64,000 bases of DNA from a virus. Positions 37,912 through 46,772 of this stretch are shown one piece after another (the first letter of the stretch is position 1; the number at the start of each line of letters is the position of its first letter). Position numbers and translations under genes: made by a program. The stretch lies in UHGV virus genome UHGV-0311442. One strand, 5' to 3'. Below the pieces are notes generated by a model. That model made no database searches. It saw only the letters and a program-made list of their open reading frames with translations, and had not been told where the DNA came from.

Positions 37912-38535
37912 ATGGCTACGCGTTTACCACTCCAGGTACCGGTCAACACCACGGGACTGTTCAAAGTAAAAACACCATTTACTTTGGCCGAGACGGTCAT
38001 TTATACGGTAGAAGCGTCACGTACCTTCCCAGATTTAGTACGTCAGAATATTGACGTTTATAACTCGTATTACCAGCCAGTAGGGCTAGGACGTGAAGAA
38101 TATTTAGCAGATGCGAATGTTAGTGCGTCGATTCTGACATTTAAATCTCGGGACGGTCAAGTTGTATATATACCTGACACCTACCTGGAATCATACCCAG
38201 GTTTATCCGGGATCACGTATCAACGAAATGTGTTAGTGGTAGATTTGGCACTGGTACCGGATTACGTGAAAGTGTCGTCTATAACAAAAGACGTTTCAGA
38301 TATTCTCACGCATACACTAGGGATTGAGCCGAAAGTTGAAATTACAACACTCGAGTATGAGGGGAAGGTAACGGAGGAACAACACTTGCAGATGGAAGCG
38401 GCACGAAAAAATAAAATTCGTGAATCTATTCCATTAGGTGAGAAAGTTGCTGCGTTGACAGAAGAGAACAAAAAATTAAAAGAGTTAAACAACCAAATGT
38501 TAGAGATTCTTAAAGCTAACGGGTTAGTTAATTAA
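37912..38535 (+). CDS. Hypothetical protein with C-terminal coiled coil (207 aa)
   Basis: ORF 3 nt after the previous gene; C-terminus EENKKLKELNNQMLEILK. Confidence 0.55.
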   Translation: MATRLPLQVPVNTTGLFKVKTPFTLAETVIYTVEASRTFPDLVRQNIDVYNSYYQPVGLGREEYLADANVSASILTFKSRDGQVVYIPDTYLESYPGLSGITYQRNVLVVDLALVPDYVKVSSITKDVSDILTHTLGIEPKVEITTLEYEGKVTEEQHLQMEAARKNKIRESIPLGEKVAALTEENKKLKELNNQMLEILKANGLVN

Positions 38536-38580
38536 AAAAGATTACCCTACTCCTTCGGGAGTAGGGTAGCTTTTATTTTA
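38534..38580. terminator. Bidirectional rho-independent terminator
   Basis: Stem CCCTACTCC/GGAGTAGGG, loop TTCG, A-run upstream and T-run downstream. Confidence 0.75.
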
Positions 38581-39129
38581 AATGTCGACTTCTAGTTTAC
38601 GGTAATCGATGACGCCTTGAGCAATCATAGCAGCAACATCGTTCCAAGTACGAAAAATGAAGTAAACGGTATCCCCGTTTAAATAGATATTGGATTCTTT
38701 ATCCGGGAAATCATCTTCACTGAGGTAGTAGTAGGGTTTGTCGAATGGGAAGTCACGTTCATCAGAGGAACCAAGTACCGCATAACGATTGCCACAATCA
38801 AACAGAATCTTCCAACCAGACATTTCACTATTAGCGTCAATACGATCGTCGATTTCAACGGTAATAGGAGAATGATCAAGAAAGCTGATTGTAACCTCCC
38901 CGTTATGTTGTCGTTTGAATCGATGAATATCTGTAGGCACAATTTCAGATGCTGCTATAAGGGAATAAAGTTGCGTTACGGTGATCTTTTTGTAAACACT
39001 ATCGCCATCCCACAAACGATCAAATAAGAAATTAGCCAGGAAATTTATATCCTTTAAACGTGAACGGAAAACAGAGCCACGACGAATACCGTAAGCCAGA
39101 TGAGTTAAATATTCAGACGATGGAAACAT
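38578..39129 (-). CDS. Hypothetical protein, member of a tandem paralog pair (183 aa)
   Basis: N-terminus MFPSSEYLTHLAYGIRR and internal GDTVYFIFRTWNDV match the neighbour's MTFPSEVIYELANTLRR and GGVVYFILSNWSHV. Confidence 0.55.
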   Translation of the reverse strand: MFPSSEYLTHLAYGIRRGSVFRSRLKDINFLANFLFDRLWDGDSVYKKITVTQLYSLIAASEIVPTDIHRFKRQHNGEVTISFLDHSPITVEIDDRIDANSEMSGWKILFDCGNRYAVLGSSDERDFPFDKPYYYLSEDDFPDKESNIYLNGDTVYFIFRTWNDVAAMIAQGVIDYRKLEVDI

Positions 39130-39145
39130 TTTAATACTCCTAAGG

Positions 39146-39184
39146 TGGAAAAAAGAATTAACCCTACTCCCGGAGGAGTAGGGG
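39146..39184 (-). terminator. Rho-independent terminator (minus strand)
   Basis: Stem CCCTACTCC/GGAGTAGGG, loop CGGA; A-run on the plus strand upstream. Confidence 0.65.
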
Positions 39185-39191
39185 ATTTAAA

Positions 39192-40124
39192 TTACTTTTT
39201 GGTTTGACCCAGGTTTTCAAGAACCAGCTCACGAATGTACTTCTGAGTACGTTTCTTCGGTGGTAAAGCCATAAGGGTGTCAACGATTCCCTGGCCGCCG
39301 ATAACCTTGCTGACGAGTTGTTGAACTTGGAAGAGTTCTGCTTCTTCGTCGCTAATTTCGTTAGCTTGGTCTTTCTGACACAATGCTTCTACCAGGTCAG
39401 CTACGGATATTTCATTTTCGTCACCAGGGAAATCCAGGTTTAACGATTCGAAAACATCACGCTTAACGAGCACAGATTTCAGATCATCGTAGTTTTCACA
39501 AACGGCGACTTCTGTGCCAGGTACCGTTTCTTCTTCGTCTTGATCTTCATTCTCAGCGGAGAGGTAACTTACTTCTGTTGCGTGGAATGTTGCGTCAGCT
39601 TTTCTCAGGACGTAGCTCACATGCGACCAATTGCTCAGGATGAAGTAGACAACACCCCCATTTAATCCGATATTGCCCTGGCGAAGTTCGAGAGCAATTT
39701 CCAGGCGGCGTGAAATCTGCCCCAAGTCAAAGAAAGACTCGTCGCGTGCCGCAACAACTTCGTACTGATTCACCCCTTGTTCTACAACAACGAACCAGTT
39801 ATCCGGGAGAGGATACGGGTTGCGCATGAAAGAAAGTTCGTTCCCTACGCCTGGGTCAACAGTAACGGATGTATGGCGCATTCCCATGGAGAAGTTGAAC
39901 GTATCCCCATTTAGAACCGCAATTGCACCGTCAATCGGAAGAATTTTGGTGGTACGATCAATAGAGAAAATCTCTTTCTGCGCAATTGAAGGCTGATTAC
40001 TGCCTAGGAAATGGTTACGCAGAAAAGCAGCGGTTGGGCCTAAGCTGGCTTGCAGTATATGGTAGTTATAACGACGACGCAGCGTGTTAGCCAGTTCGTA
40101 AATTACTTCAGATGGAAAAGTCAT
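39192..40124 (-). CDS. Hypothetical protein, larger paralog of the pair, acidic C-terminal half (310 aa)
   Basis: Shares N-terminal and central segments with the 183-aa neighbour; D/E-rich C-terminal region. Confidence 0.55.
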   Translation of the reverse strand: MTFPSEVIYELANTLRRRYNYHILQASLGPTAAFLRNHFLGSNQPSIAQKEIFSIDRTTKILPIDGAIAVLNGDTFNFSMGMRHTSVTVDPGVGNELSFMRNPYPLPDNWFVVVEQGVNQYEVVAARDESFFDLGQISRRLEIALELRQGNIGLNGGVVYFILSNWSHVSYVLRKADATFHATEVSYLSAENEDQDEEETVPGTEVAVCENYDDLKSVLVKRDVFESLNLDFPGDENEISVADLVEALCQKDQANEISDEEAELFQVQQLVSKVIGGQGIVDTLMALPPKKRTQKYIRELVLENLGQTKK

Positions 40125-40177
40125 TTTAATAGTCCTCTTTTAGGTTTGTTCAAATCAACTAAGGGTTATGTAAAAAG

Positions 40178-40657
40178 TTAAAATAATGGCAAGTTACGCC
40201 ATTGCCCTACCGAGTAAAAAGCTTTTGGATGTTTACGGATATACGCTTTCGCTTCTTCTGGCAACCAACGATCGCCTACCAGTTTTTGTTGTGCAACAAT
40301 TACCGCCATCAACAAATACGGATTTTTCGCACCGGGGAACTTTGCATTGGTTTCTAGCGCAATATCCAACATTGACGACCAGCCCAATAATTTATGTTGC
40401 GCCGGTAAACGTTCTTCAATATACATCAGCCATTTCATGATTTGTTTAGGCTTATACGGACAGGTATAATTCGCCCAACAGACCATGACGAACTTAATAG
40501 CCTTCGCAATCACCCATACAGGGACAGTCACGAAAAGGCAGAAAATGGCCAACTGCGAGGCGGGCGCTTCGACAAAAGTAATCGCCACAAGGACCATAAA
40601 CAATTCAAGTACCACAAACCAAAAACGCGTTGGATAACGCCAAATGAATTTTATCAT
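40178..40657 (-). CDS. Integral membrane protein with multiple hydrophobic segments; holin candidate
   Basis: 159 aa with at least three hydrophobic stretches; two genes downstream of the secreted lytic transglycosylase in the same transcriptional direction. Confidence 0.35.
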   Translation of the reverse strand: MIKFIWRYPTRFWFVVLELFMVLVAITFVEAPASQLAIFCLFVTVPVWVIAKAIKFVMVCWANYTCPYKPKQIMKWLMYIEERLPAQHKLLGWSSMLDIALETNAKFPGAKNPYLLMAVIVAQQKLVGDRWLPEEAKAYIRKHPKAFYSVGQWRNLPLF

Positions 40658-40680
40658 AACTCTGTTCCTTTAGGGAATGA

Positions 40681-40718
40681 AAATAAAAGTACCCCTTACT
40701 CCGTATAGGGTAAGGGGT
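40681..40718 (-). terminator. Rho-independent terminator (minus strand)
   Basis: Stem CCCCTTAC/GTAAGGGG with 10-nt loop; A-rich run on the plus strand upstream. Confidence 0.5.
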
Positions 40719-40723
40719 AGAGG

Positions 40724-41233
40724 TTAGAAGAACGGCTGGTTTGGAATGACAGCGTACTCTAAAATGAACATGTGTTCTGGGGCGTCTTCTTTACGCCAGA
40801 CTTTGTGCGTCGTCACAAGTTTTTCCAGAATCGTTAAAAAACTACGCTGGCAGTATGTGTTTTCACCAAGCAGTAGATTTTGAAGTTCTACAGTAGCGTC
40901 CATATACGCCTGTTTAAAGACTAAACTACGATTATACTGTCCGGTAAAATTCCAAAGCAAGACTTTCCCTTCTTCGGTTTCTTTTACCGTTGGCCGTAAA
41001 CCACAAATCCACAACAAGGCAAGGTTGACGTTCCAGTCAAACTCTAAACCTTCTTCTTCGTCATCACCGAATGCTGTGGGTAAAGCATCGTAAAATTCGT
41101 GTTTCTCTGCGAATTCTTCATCTGACTTAATCTCGTCTTCGATGCTGCTTCGGACGATACTGTAAACGTCTTTCGCGGTCAATTGTGCGGCTTTTGTAAT
41201 GCCTTTATACCAATCGGTTACTACGATGCTCAA
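40724..41233 (-). CDS. Hypothetical protein (169 aa)
   Basis: ORF between the lytic transglycosylase and the membrane protein. Confidence 0.5.
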   Translation of the reverse strand: MSIVVTDWYKGITKAAQLTAKDVYSIVRSSIEDEIKSDEEFAEKHEFYDALPTAFGDDEEEGLEFDWNVNLALLWICGLRPTVKETEEGKVLLWNFTGQYNRSLVFKQAYMDATVELQNLLLGENTYCQRSFLTILEKLVTTHKVWRKEDAPEHMFILEYAVIPNQPFF

Positions 41234-41955
41234 AGGGTAACTCCTCTATTGATTGGAAAACTCGTGTTTATCGTATCCCAAATTTTACTAACTTCCGCCA
41301 ATTGAATCTGACGTGGTGTTTTCTTCGCAAACGCAAGCTGACGTGGGGCCGAGCCCACAACAACAGGCACATCGATTTTCGCGCTATAGAACGCGGCGTC
41401 TTTCATAAAGCCTGCCATTTCTCGTTGTGCTGCTCGAGATTTGCTTTTGATTCGCGTGTGAGCGCCACTTTCACCCCAGTGGTAAGCTAACGCAACTTCA
41501 GCCATGGTGGGCTTGCGTTTGAGTCGTTTGGTTAACCCCTTTTCAAGATGTTTAACATACGCGGCAGCCAGCAAAACAGCATTACGCGGATTATACAAAT
41601 CGGCGTTCTGACTAAGACCTAATTCTTTTCCATAAAGCCTTAGCAGATTACGCTTGGTACTTGGAAGCATCTGTACCAGGCTGTGTGCTCGTGAGCTTTT
41701 GTTGTAAGCCTTGGGATCAAAACGCGATTCACGATAAATCAGCGTAATCATCAGCTTAGGATCAACGCCTTGCTTTCGAGAGATTTCCACAATTAACGGG
41801 CTGACTTTTTCGAACCGATGTTGGATTTGTGTAAACTCACGCTGATGCTTAGATTGCGGCGTTGATGTTGACGCCTGTGCGTTAAACGCGAAAAGTGTTA
41901 CCAGTAAAAGAAAGAAGATACGAAACATTTTGTTTCTCCAGTTGGATTTATACAT
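41230..41955 (-). CDS. Secreted or signal-anchored soluble lytic transglycosylase; endolysin candidate
   Basis: N-terminal hydrophobic segment MFRIFFLLLVTLFAFNAQA, then SLT motif LIYRESRFDPKAYNKSSRAHSLVQMLPST. Start may be the internal Met at about 41928. Confidence 0.6.
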   Translation of the reverse strand: MYKSNWRNKMFRIFFLLLVTLFAFNAQASTSTPQSKHQREFTQIQHRFEKVSPLIVEISRKQGVDPKLMITLIYRESRFDPKAYNKSSRAHSLVQMLPSTKRNLLRLYGKELGLSQNADLYNPRNAVLLAAAYVKHLEKGLTKRLKRKPTMAEVALAYHWGESGAHTRIKSKSRAAQREMAGFMKDAAFYSAKIDVPVVVGSAPRQLAFAKKTPRQIQLAEVSKIWDTINTSFPINRGVTL

Positions 41956-42020
41956 TTCCGTATTCCGTAAGACGAAATGACGGCGCGGACAGCTAATACT
42001 CCTTTGTTGTGTGCCCTAAT

Positions 42021-42031
42021 GATAATATCTA
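42021..42031. promoter_or_regulatory. Copy of recurrent motif GATAATATCTA
   Basis: Overlaps the stop of the macro-like gene, upstream (in minus orientation) of the lytic transglycosylase gene. Confidence 0.3.
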
Positions 42032-42589
42032 TTTAAAAGAGTTTGGAATTAATGACTCTGCTTCTCGGTACAGCTTATCGGGTAAGTATAACGTGTAGTG
42101 TTGTCTCCTCGGTTCAAGTTTTTTGTAAAGCCACAAAAAGATTTCTTGTCTTTCCCAGGAATCTAACCACCCATTTGCCATCCCCAGTGGAGGGATAGCA
42201 ACGCTGGTATCCAGTTCCTCAACACAATCTGCTAATGCGGTAATGCCCGCAGTAACATAAGAAACCTGGGACTTTAAACGCCAATGTGTTTTCGTTGGGA
42301 GCAAGATGCACTTTTCATCAGGGTAAACGTAAACGCTTCCAATCTTAATTTCGTCTTCGCGACACCGCTTACGGTAATCTTGATAAAGGTTGGGGTAGCG
42401 TTCACGGCACGCCAGTGCAATACCGCGACCCATCGCTCCTACGCAGTTAATGGTAACGACTTTATAGTCTTCGGGCGCATTAAAAAGATCGTTACCAATT
42501 TCAGATTCTTTACGTACCGTTAACATAACGAAACGCCCGGAGTTGATGTGTAGTATTAAAACGTGTACCGCCGATTGATAACTCGACAA
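42029..42589 (-). CDS. Macro-domain-like protein (putative ADP-ribose binding or processing)
   Basis: YKVVTINCVGAMGRGIALA fits the Gly-rich macro loop pattern and SVAIPPLGMANGWLD fits the second macro motif; probable start at internal Met near 42526. Confidence 0.4.
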   Translation of the reverse strand: MSSYQSAVHVLILHINSGRFVMLTVRKESEIGNDLFNAPEDYKVVTINCVGAMGRGIALACRERYPNLYQDYRKRCREDEIKIGSVYVYPDEKCILLPTKTHWRLKSQVSYVTAGITALADCVEELDTSVAIPPLGMANGWLDSWERQEIFLWLYKKLEPRRQHYTLYLPDKLYREAESLIPNSFK

Positions 42590-42613
42590 GTATAGCGATA
42601 TATGTTTTACCCA

Positions 42614-42982
42614 TTAGCGATTTTTCGTAATCCATTGTTTGACCGCCGCTTCTAAACCTTCGTGTTGTAAGCCCAGGCGTTGCATAGTCAGCGCCAAGTT
42701 GAGCGTGTGCACAACCTGTTCACGGAACTGATGATCGTTCATGCGGTCCCAGACCTTCTCTACCGAAATATTGTGTTTCCAGAGCAAATAAGCTTCGCGA
42801 CACGATGCGCGACGAACCAAGCTGGGTTTAACAAAAGGCAACTCGATTTCAGGCAAGTAACCTAAAAGCTTAACTAGCGGCGTTACCTGCGTCTTACCGA
42901 AGTCACCGCACTGATAACAAATTTGTAGAATATCAATTTCATTCAACGGTATACCGTAAATTGATGGGTTCTCTGTGAACAT
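42614..42982 (-). CDS. Hypothetical protein (122 aa)
   Basis: ORF with ATG start. Confidence 0.45.
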   Translation of the reverse strand: MFTENPSIYGIPLNEIDILQICYQCGDFGKTQVTPLVKLLGYLPEIELPFVKPSLVRRASCREAYLLWKHNISVEKVWDRMNDHQFREQVVHTLNLALTMQRLGLQHEGLEAAVKQWITKNR

Positions 42983-43250
42983 TCATATTCTCCTCAGGCT
43001 CGAAATGTGTTTCGGGTGGCAACGTCCCTAAAGCCCCTTGGATACAAGCTGTCAGCGTAGGTTTGCCGAAACAGACCTTACCTATTGTCCCCACATTGGG
43101 ATGCTGTAAGAACGCTTTTGCACGTTCGTATTCCTTCCAACAAATACTCGTATCCAAACCACCCACTCCGTACGATTTTAACATAATTAGCTCTCTTGAC
43201 GTAAATTTCTCACACTCATAGTGAGGTACGTCAAGAGAGCTTGATTGTTT

Positions 43251-43700
43251 TTAGAATGTTTTGCTAAAATCGACCCACTCACGATCGTGCGAGTAAACCG
43301 CCTGATAGCCGCGTCGGATGAAATACTCTTTTGCTTCTTTACATTTCGCATACATGCCAGTAACAATCTCGCCGAAAACTTCATCAGCTGCAATTGCTTT
43401 GAAAATCTCTTTCATTACACCCCGTTGACGGTAGTCTGGGAGCACGTATACTGAACGTATCTTAAGTGAACCGTTACGATTCCGATAACTACAGTATCCT
43501 ACCGCGACGTCATCCTGATACACCAGAACTATGCAGTTACCTTCGATCAGTTGCCGAGCTTTTAATTTCGGTACCGACGTTTTGATTTTCAGTAACGTGG
43601 CCTGGTGGTCTAAGTAACGGTAGTGCAGTTTGAGTAAATCGGCAGCTTGTCGCTCACCGACTTTAGAAGATGCGTTCAACAAATAAATTTCCATTTGCAA
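43251..43700 (-). CDS. GNAT-family N-acetyltransferase
   Basis: 149 aa; VAVGYCSY...IRSVYVLPDYRQRGVMKEIF matches the GNAT acetyl-CoA-binding motif A. Confidence 0.65.
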   Translation of the reverse strand: MQMEIYLLNASSKVGERQAADLLKLHYRYLDHQATLLKIKTSVPKLKARQLIEGNCIVLVYQDDVAVGYCSYRNRNGSLKIRSVYVLPDYRQRGVMKEIFKAIAADEVFGEIVTGMYAKCKEAKEYFIRRGYQAVYSHDREWVDFSKTF

Positions 43701-43725
43701 ACCTTAGAGACGCAAAAAAGTAAAA

Positions 43726-43854
43726 TTAAAACCAACGCGCGATGACGAAAGCCGCAGCGGCTAATATGGCTGTGGTGATTATTAACCCACCCCATGAAAG
43801 TTCCGCGTCGTATAGTGCGGATATCGCTACATTCGTAGCGTTTATCGTGGTCAT
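43726..43854 (-). CDS. Small hydrophobic peptide (42 aa)
   Basis: ATG with GGAGCAGAAA upstream; MTTINATNVAISALYDAELSWGGLIITTAILAAAAFVIARWF; below ORF-track size cutoff. Confidence 0.3.
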   Translation of the reverse strand: MTTINATNVAISALYDAELSWGGLIITTAILAAAAFVIARWF

Positions 43855-43911
43855 TTTCTGCTCCTATCAATACCCTCACACCGGAGGGTATCTTCTGGAT
43901 TATTTGGGTGG

Positions 43912-44010
43912 TTAATCTTCGAACGCCCAACGGTGTCGTTTAATCAGCCAGTTTAAACCTTTACCAATTAACCACAACGAGCCAAGTGTTAACAGAACCC
44001 CTACAACCAT
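43912..44010 (-). CDS. Small hydrophobic peptide (32 aa)
   Basis: ATG with AGGAGAGG upstream; MVVGVLLTLGSLWLIGKGLNWLIKRHRWAFED. Confidence 0.3.
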   Translation of the reverse strand: MVVGVLLTLGSLWLIGKGLNWLIKRHRWAFED

Positions 44011-44020
44011 ATTCCCTCTC

Positions 44021-44200
44021 CTAATTCCGCCATTCGCATTCGCGTTGACGCCAAATTGAACCCCACGATAGTTTAATCAGATAAGATGAAACTACCCATA
44101 AAATCATCACCACACAAAACATGACATAAAGAACCGCTAGAATGGACATGAAGCCAAACCCTGCCGCATCCACAATACGACGGAACCAATCAGTTTGCAT
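44021..44200 (-). CDS. Small membrane protein (59 aa)
   Basis: ATG at 44198-44200 with AAGGAG upstream; hydrophobic core FGFMSILAVLYVMFCVVMILWVVSSYLI. Confidence 0.4.
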   Translation of the reverse strand: MQTDWFRRIVDAAGFGFMSILAVLYVMFCVVMILWVVSSYLIKLSWGSIWRQRECEWRN

Positions 44201-46694
44201 AAACAATTTTTACTCCTTCGTTATACACCGCAGGCAATGTCACCCCTTCCGGTTCGATGACACAGTACGATGCTTCATTAAGTTTAGAATGAACCTCGGC
44301 TTCGTGGGAGACTACCAACAGTTGTGAAAATTCTCCTGAGTTTGCTAACGTTTTAATAAAGCCGACCAGGTTGTTACGGTGCTCCTCATCCATGCCCTCC
44401 GAAGGTTCATCCAAAAGCAACGGAAACTGATGCAACTTCAGCGCTTTGTACGCAGTCAGTCTGAACATCAGATTAAATATCGCACGCTGCGCCTTTGACC
44501 CTTTACGCACGTCAGGAACAGGCTCAGGATGCGTTTTTAGCTGGACAGGAAAAGTATAATCCAAATCGCCGTCAGTGAGATCACAAGGCATAACACGCAT
44601 GGGGTACGTCCAGACCTGTTCGATATAACGCGTCATTAACTCTGTGATTCTAACGATAGCGTTGTAAAAATACTTTCTAAGTACACCCTTTTCTGGCGAG
44701 AAGGCTTGAATCATCAGTTTGTTATTGAACTGCTGGGCTTGTAAGTCAGCAAGTTCGCGTTCCAAACTGTTGAGCTGGTTCAATTCATTTTCCATCTGAC
44801 GATAACGTTCGCGTGCGGTTGTAAAAGCATCCAGCTTCCCTTCTCGTGTACGTAAGAGTTCCTCGACGACCGTATTTGTCAACGTAACCTTAACGTCACT
44901 CTCTAACCGTTCGAATAACGCACTGAAATCATCTACAGCACGTTTAACATTCACTAGATAGGTAAGTGTCGTGTTAGCCAGTTCGTGCTCTCTACGACGC
45001 ATTGAGAGCATCTCTGTGGCTTTACCTAATCGCGACTGTTGGAAGGCGATCTTTTGTTGTAAAGCACCATCGACGTTACCAACGGCCGCTACGGCATCCT
45101 GCCATTCTTTTTCCGCCTTCACTAACCGTTGTCTGGTTTCATGGTACTCAATAGCAGAGTACAACTCACCGTCAAACGCTGCGCATAGACTCCCGAACTG
45201 CTCGCGAGACTCTGTGAAAACGTTACGTTCTTGCAAACGCTTAAAGAACATACTCAAAACAGGGTCCTTTGAATACGTCAGTACAATCTCACGAACCTGC
45301 CGCATATAAGTTACATCAGATTCTAATTCAACACGATCGCGTAATAAGGTCTCTAACTGCGTTTGCAGTTCCGTGCGCTGCTGTTGCTGTCCACGAATCG
45401 AAGACTCAAGTTCAGGCAAAGAACGCGTAACGCCTGGTCGAAACTTAAACCGACACTGCGGACAATCCACTTCCGCTGTTTCTAAGTAGTGGTTACGTTC
45501 GTGATTTAAATTCTGTAAAACGTTCTCCACTCGCTGGAGTCTATCCCGCAACCCGGCGGTTTTTTGATCCATCACCAGAAGCCGTTCTTCCAAAACATTG
45601 AGTTTTTCGGTCGAATGAATTGCGTCCAGCGTTGTTCCTAACCGTTGTCCCCAAACACGCGCGTCGGTAGCCGCACGAAGTTGGTCTAAATTGACGTTAT
45701 CGTTAAATAGACCCGGAAAGAGATGTTCAGTGTCCCATTTGGTAAGTAACTCACGTAAACGTGCCAGCGTATTCTTGAGACCTTCGTGATTCCGCATCAG
45801 GTAGTCCTGTCGTGTCGACTCATCCATCAATAACGACAAGTCTTTATTCAACATCGATACCTCTGTTTCAGTAGACACGACAGCTTCGCGGGCGGTCGCC
45901 TCGTTTTGTCGTGCGACCTGTATCTGTTCATCAGTAGGCAGACCACCACGATGTTGTAATATTGCGTCGATGGTTGGACCCAAGCTGTTTAATGACGCTT
46001 GGATTGTTTCGATGGTGACGCCGCGATTTAATCCTGGCAACTGTTCGATTTCTCGGTTCAGTTCACGTAAATCCGATTCCAAACCTTTTAATCTCGTCGC
46101 TAACTGCTGCCGTTCTTCCTCGTTCTCAATAACACGCGTCCGTAATTCGGCGATCTTACGGCTGGTGATTTCAATACCCCCATTTAAGGCAGTAAGGTTT
46201 TTACGTAAACGTTGATAAAACCCTAACGCGTAAGTGAGGTCAGAGGTGCTTAAACGGTAAAACCACTTGCGACGTAATTCGGTTCCCGCATCGGTTAACA
46301 AGACCTCACCATTTAATAGTTCTTTAATTTCTTTCGTAATACCCGTGATTTCTTCAACACGGGAGTTGTAGACTTTCGCATTACCTTGCTCGACGATCTT
46401 TGCCCCCGTGGTCAGGTTCTCAATATCACAAACCAAAGAGTTGCCTTTACGGGCAACTTTGAATCGATAGCGTTGATCGCCGACTAAACAGTAATTCGTG
46501 TAAGAACCGCCGTCCCTGAATTCAGTTTTAGCTGGTGCTAAGGGTAAGAACACAGACAGTAGACTGGTTTTCCCGCAGCCGTTCCCACCCAGGATAATTG
46601 TTGTTGGAGACTGGATAGTGAAATCGAAGGTTTCAATTTCATGTAACCCCATCCCCGTAAAACCTTTGAGTATAATGCGTTCAACTTTTAGCAT
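44190..46694 (-). CDS. Rad50/SbcC-like ATPase with coiled coil and CxxC zinc hook
   Basis: Start refined to ATG at 46692-46694 (GGAGGTG upstream; track start is TTG at 46769). Walker A GGNGCGKTS, long coiled coil with central CPQC, C-terminal LLLDEPSEGMDEEH and VVSHE. Confidence 0.75.
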   Translation of the reverse strand: MLKVERIILKGFTGMGLHEIETFDFTIQSPTTIILGGNGCGKTSLLSVFLPLAPAKTEFRDGGSYTNYCLVGDQRYRFKVARKGNSLVCDIENLTTGAKIVEQGNAKVYNSRVEEITGITKEIKELLNGEVLLTDAGTELRRKWFYRLSTSDLTYALGFYQRLRKNLTALNGGIEITSRKIAELRTRVIENEEERQQLATRLKGLESDLRELNREIEQLPGLNRGVTIETIQASLNSLGPTIDAILQHRGGLPTDEQIQVARQNEATAREAVVSTETEVSMLNKDLSLLMDESTRQDYLMRNHEGLKNTLARLRELLTKWDTEHLFPGLFNDNVNLDQLRAATDARVWGQRLGTTLDAIHSTEKLNVLEERLLVMDQKTAGLRDRLQRVENVLQNLNHERNHYLETAEVDCPQCRFKFRPGVTRSLPELESSIRGQQQQRTELQTQLETLLRDRVELESDVTYMRQVREIVLTYSKDPVLSMFFKRLQERNVFTESREQFGSLCAAFDGELYSAIEYHETRQRLVKAEKEWQDAVAAVGNVDGALQQKIAFQQSRLGKATEMLSMRRREHELANTTLTYLVNVKRAVDDFSALFERLESDVKVTLTNTVVEELLRTREGKLDAFTTARERYRQMENELNQLNSLERELADLQAQQFNNKLMIQAFSPEKGVLRKYFYNAIVRITELMTRYIEQVWTYPMRVMPCDLTDGDLDYTFPVQLKTHPEPVPDVRKGSKAQRAIFNLMFRLTAYKALKLHQFPLLLDEPSEGMDEEHRNNLVGFIKTLANSGEFSQLLVVSHEAEVHSKLNEASYCVIEPEGVTLPAVYNEGVKIVYAN

Positions 46695-46772
46695 ACCCAC
46701 CTCCATAAAGACGGAGTGTGGTGTAAAAAGAAAAAAATAAAGAAAGGGAGAACCCGAAGGTTCTCCCAAACG

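Noticed and set aside
43187-43930. ORFs 43187-43393 and 43676-43930 overlapping the GNAT gene and the small-peptide region
   Set aside because: They overlap better-supported genes in other frames and lack start-site signals.
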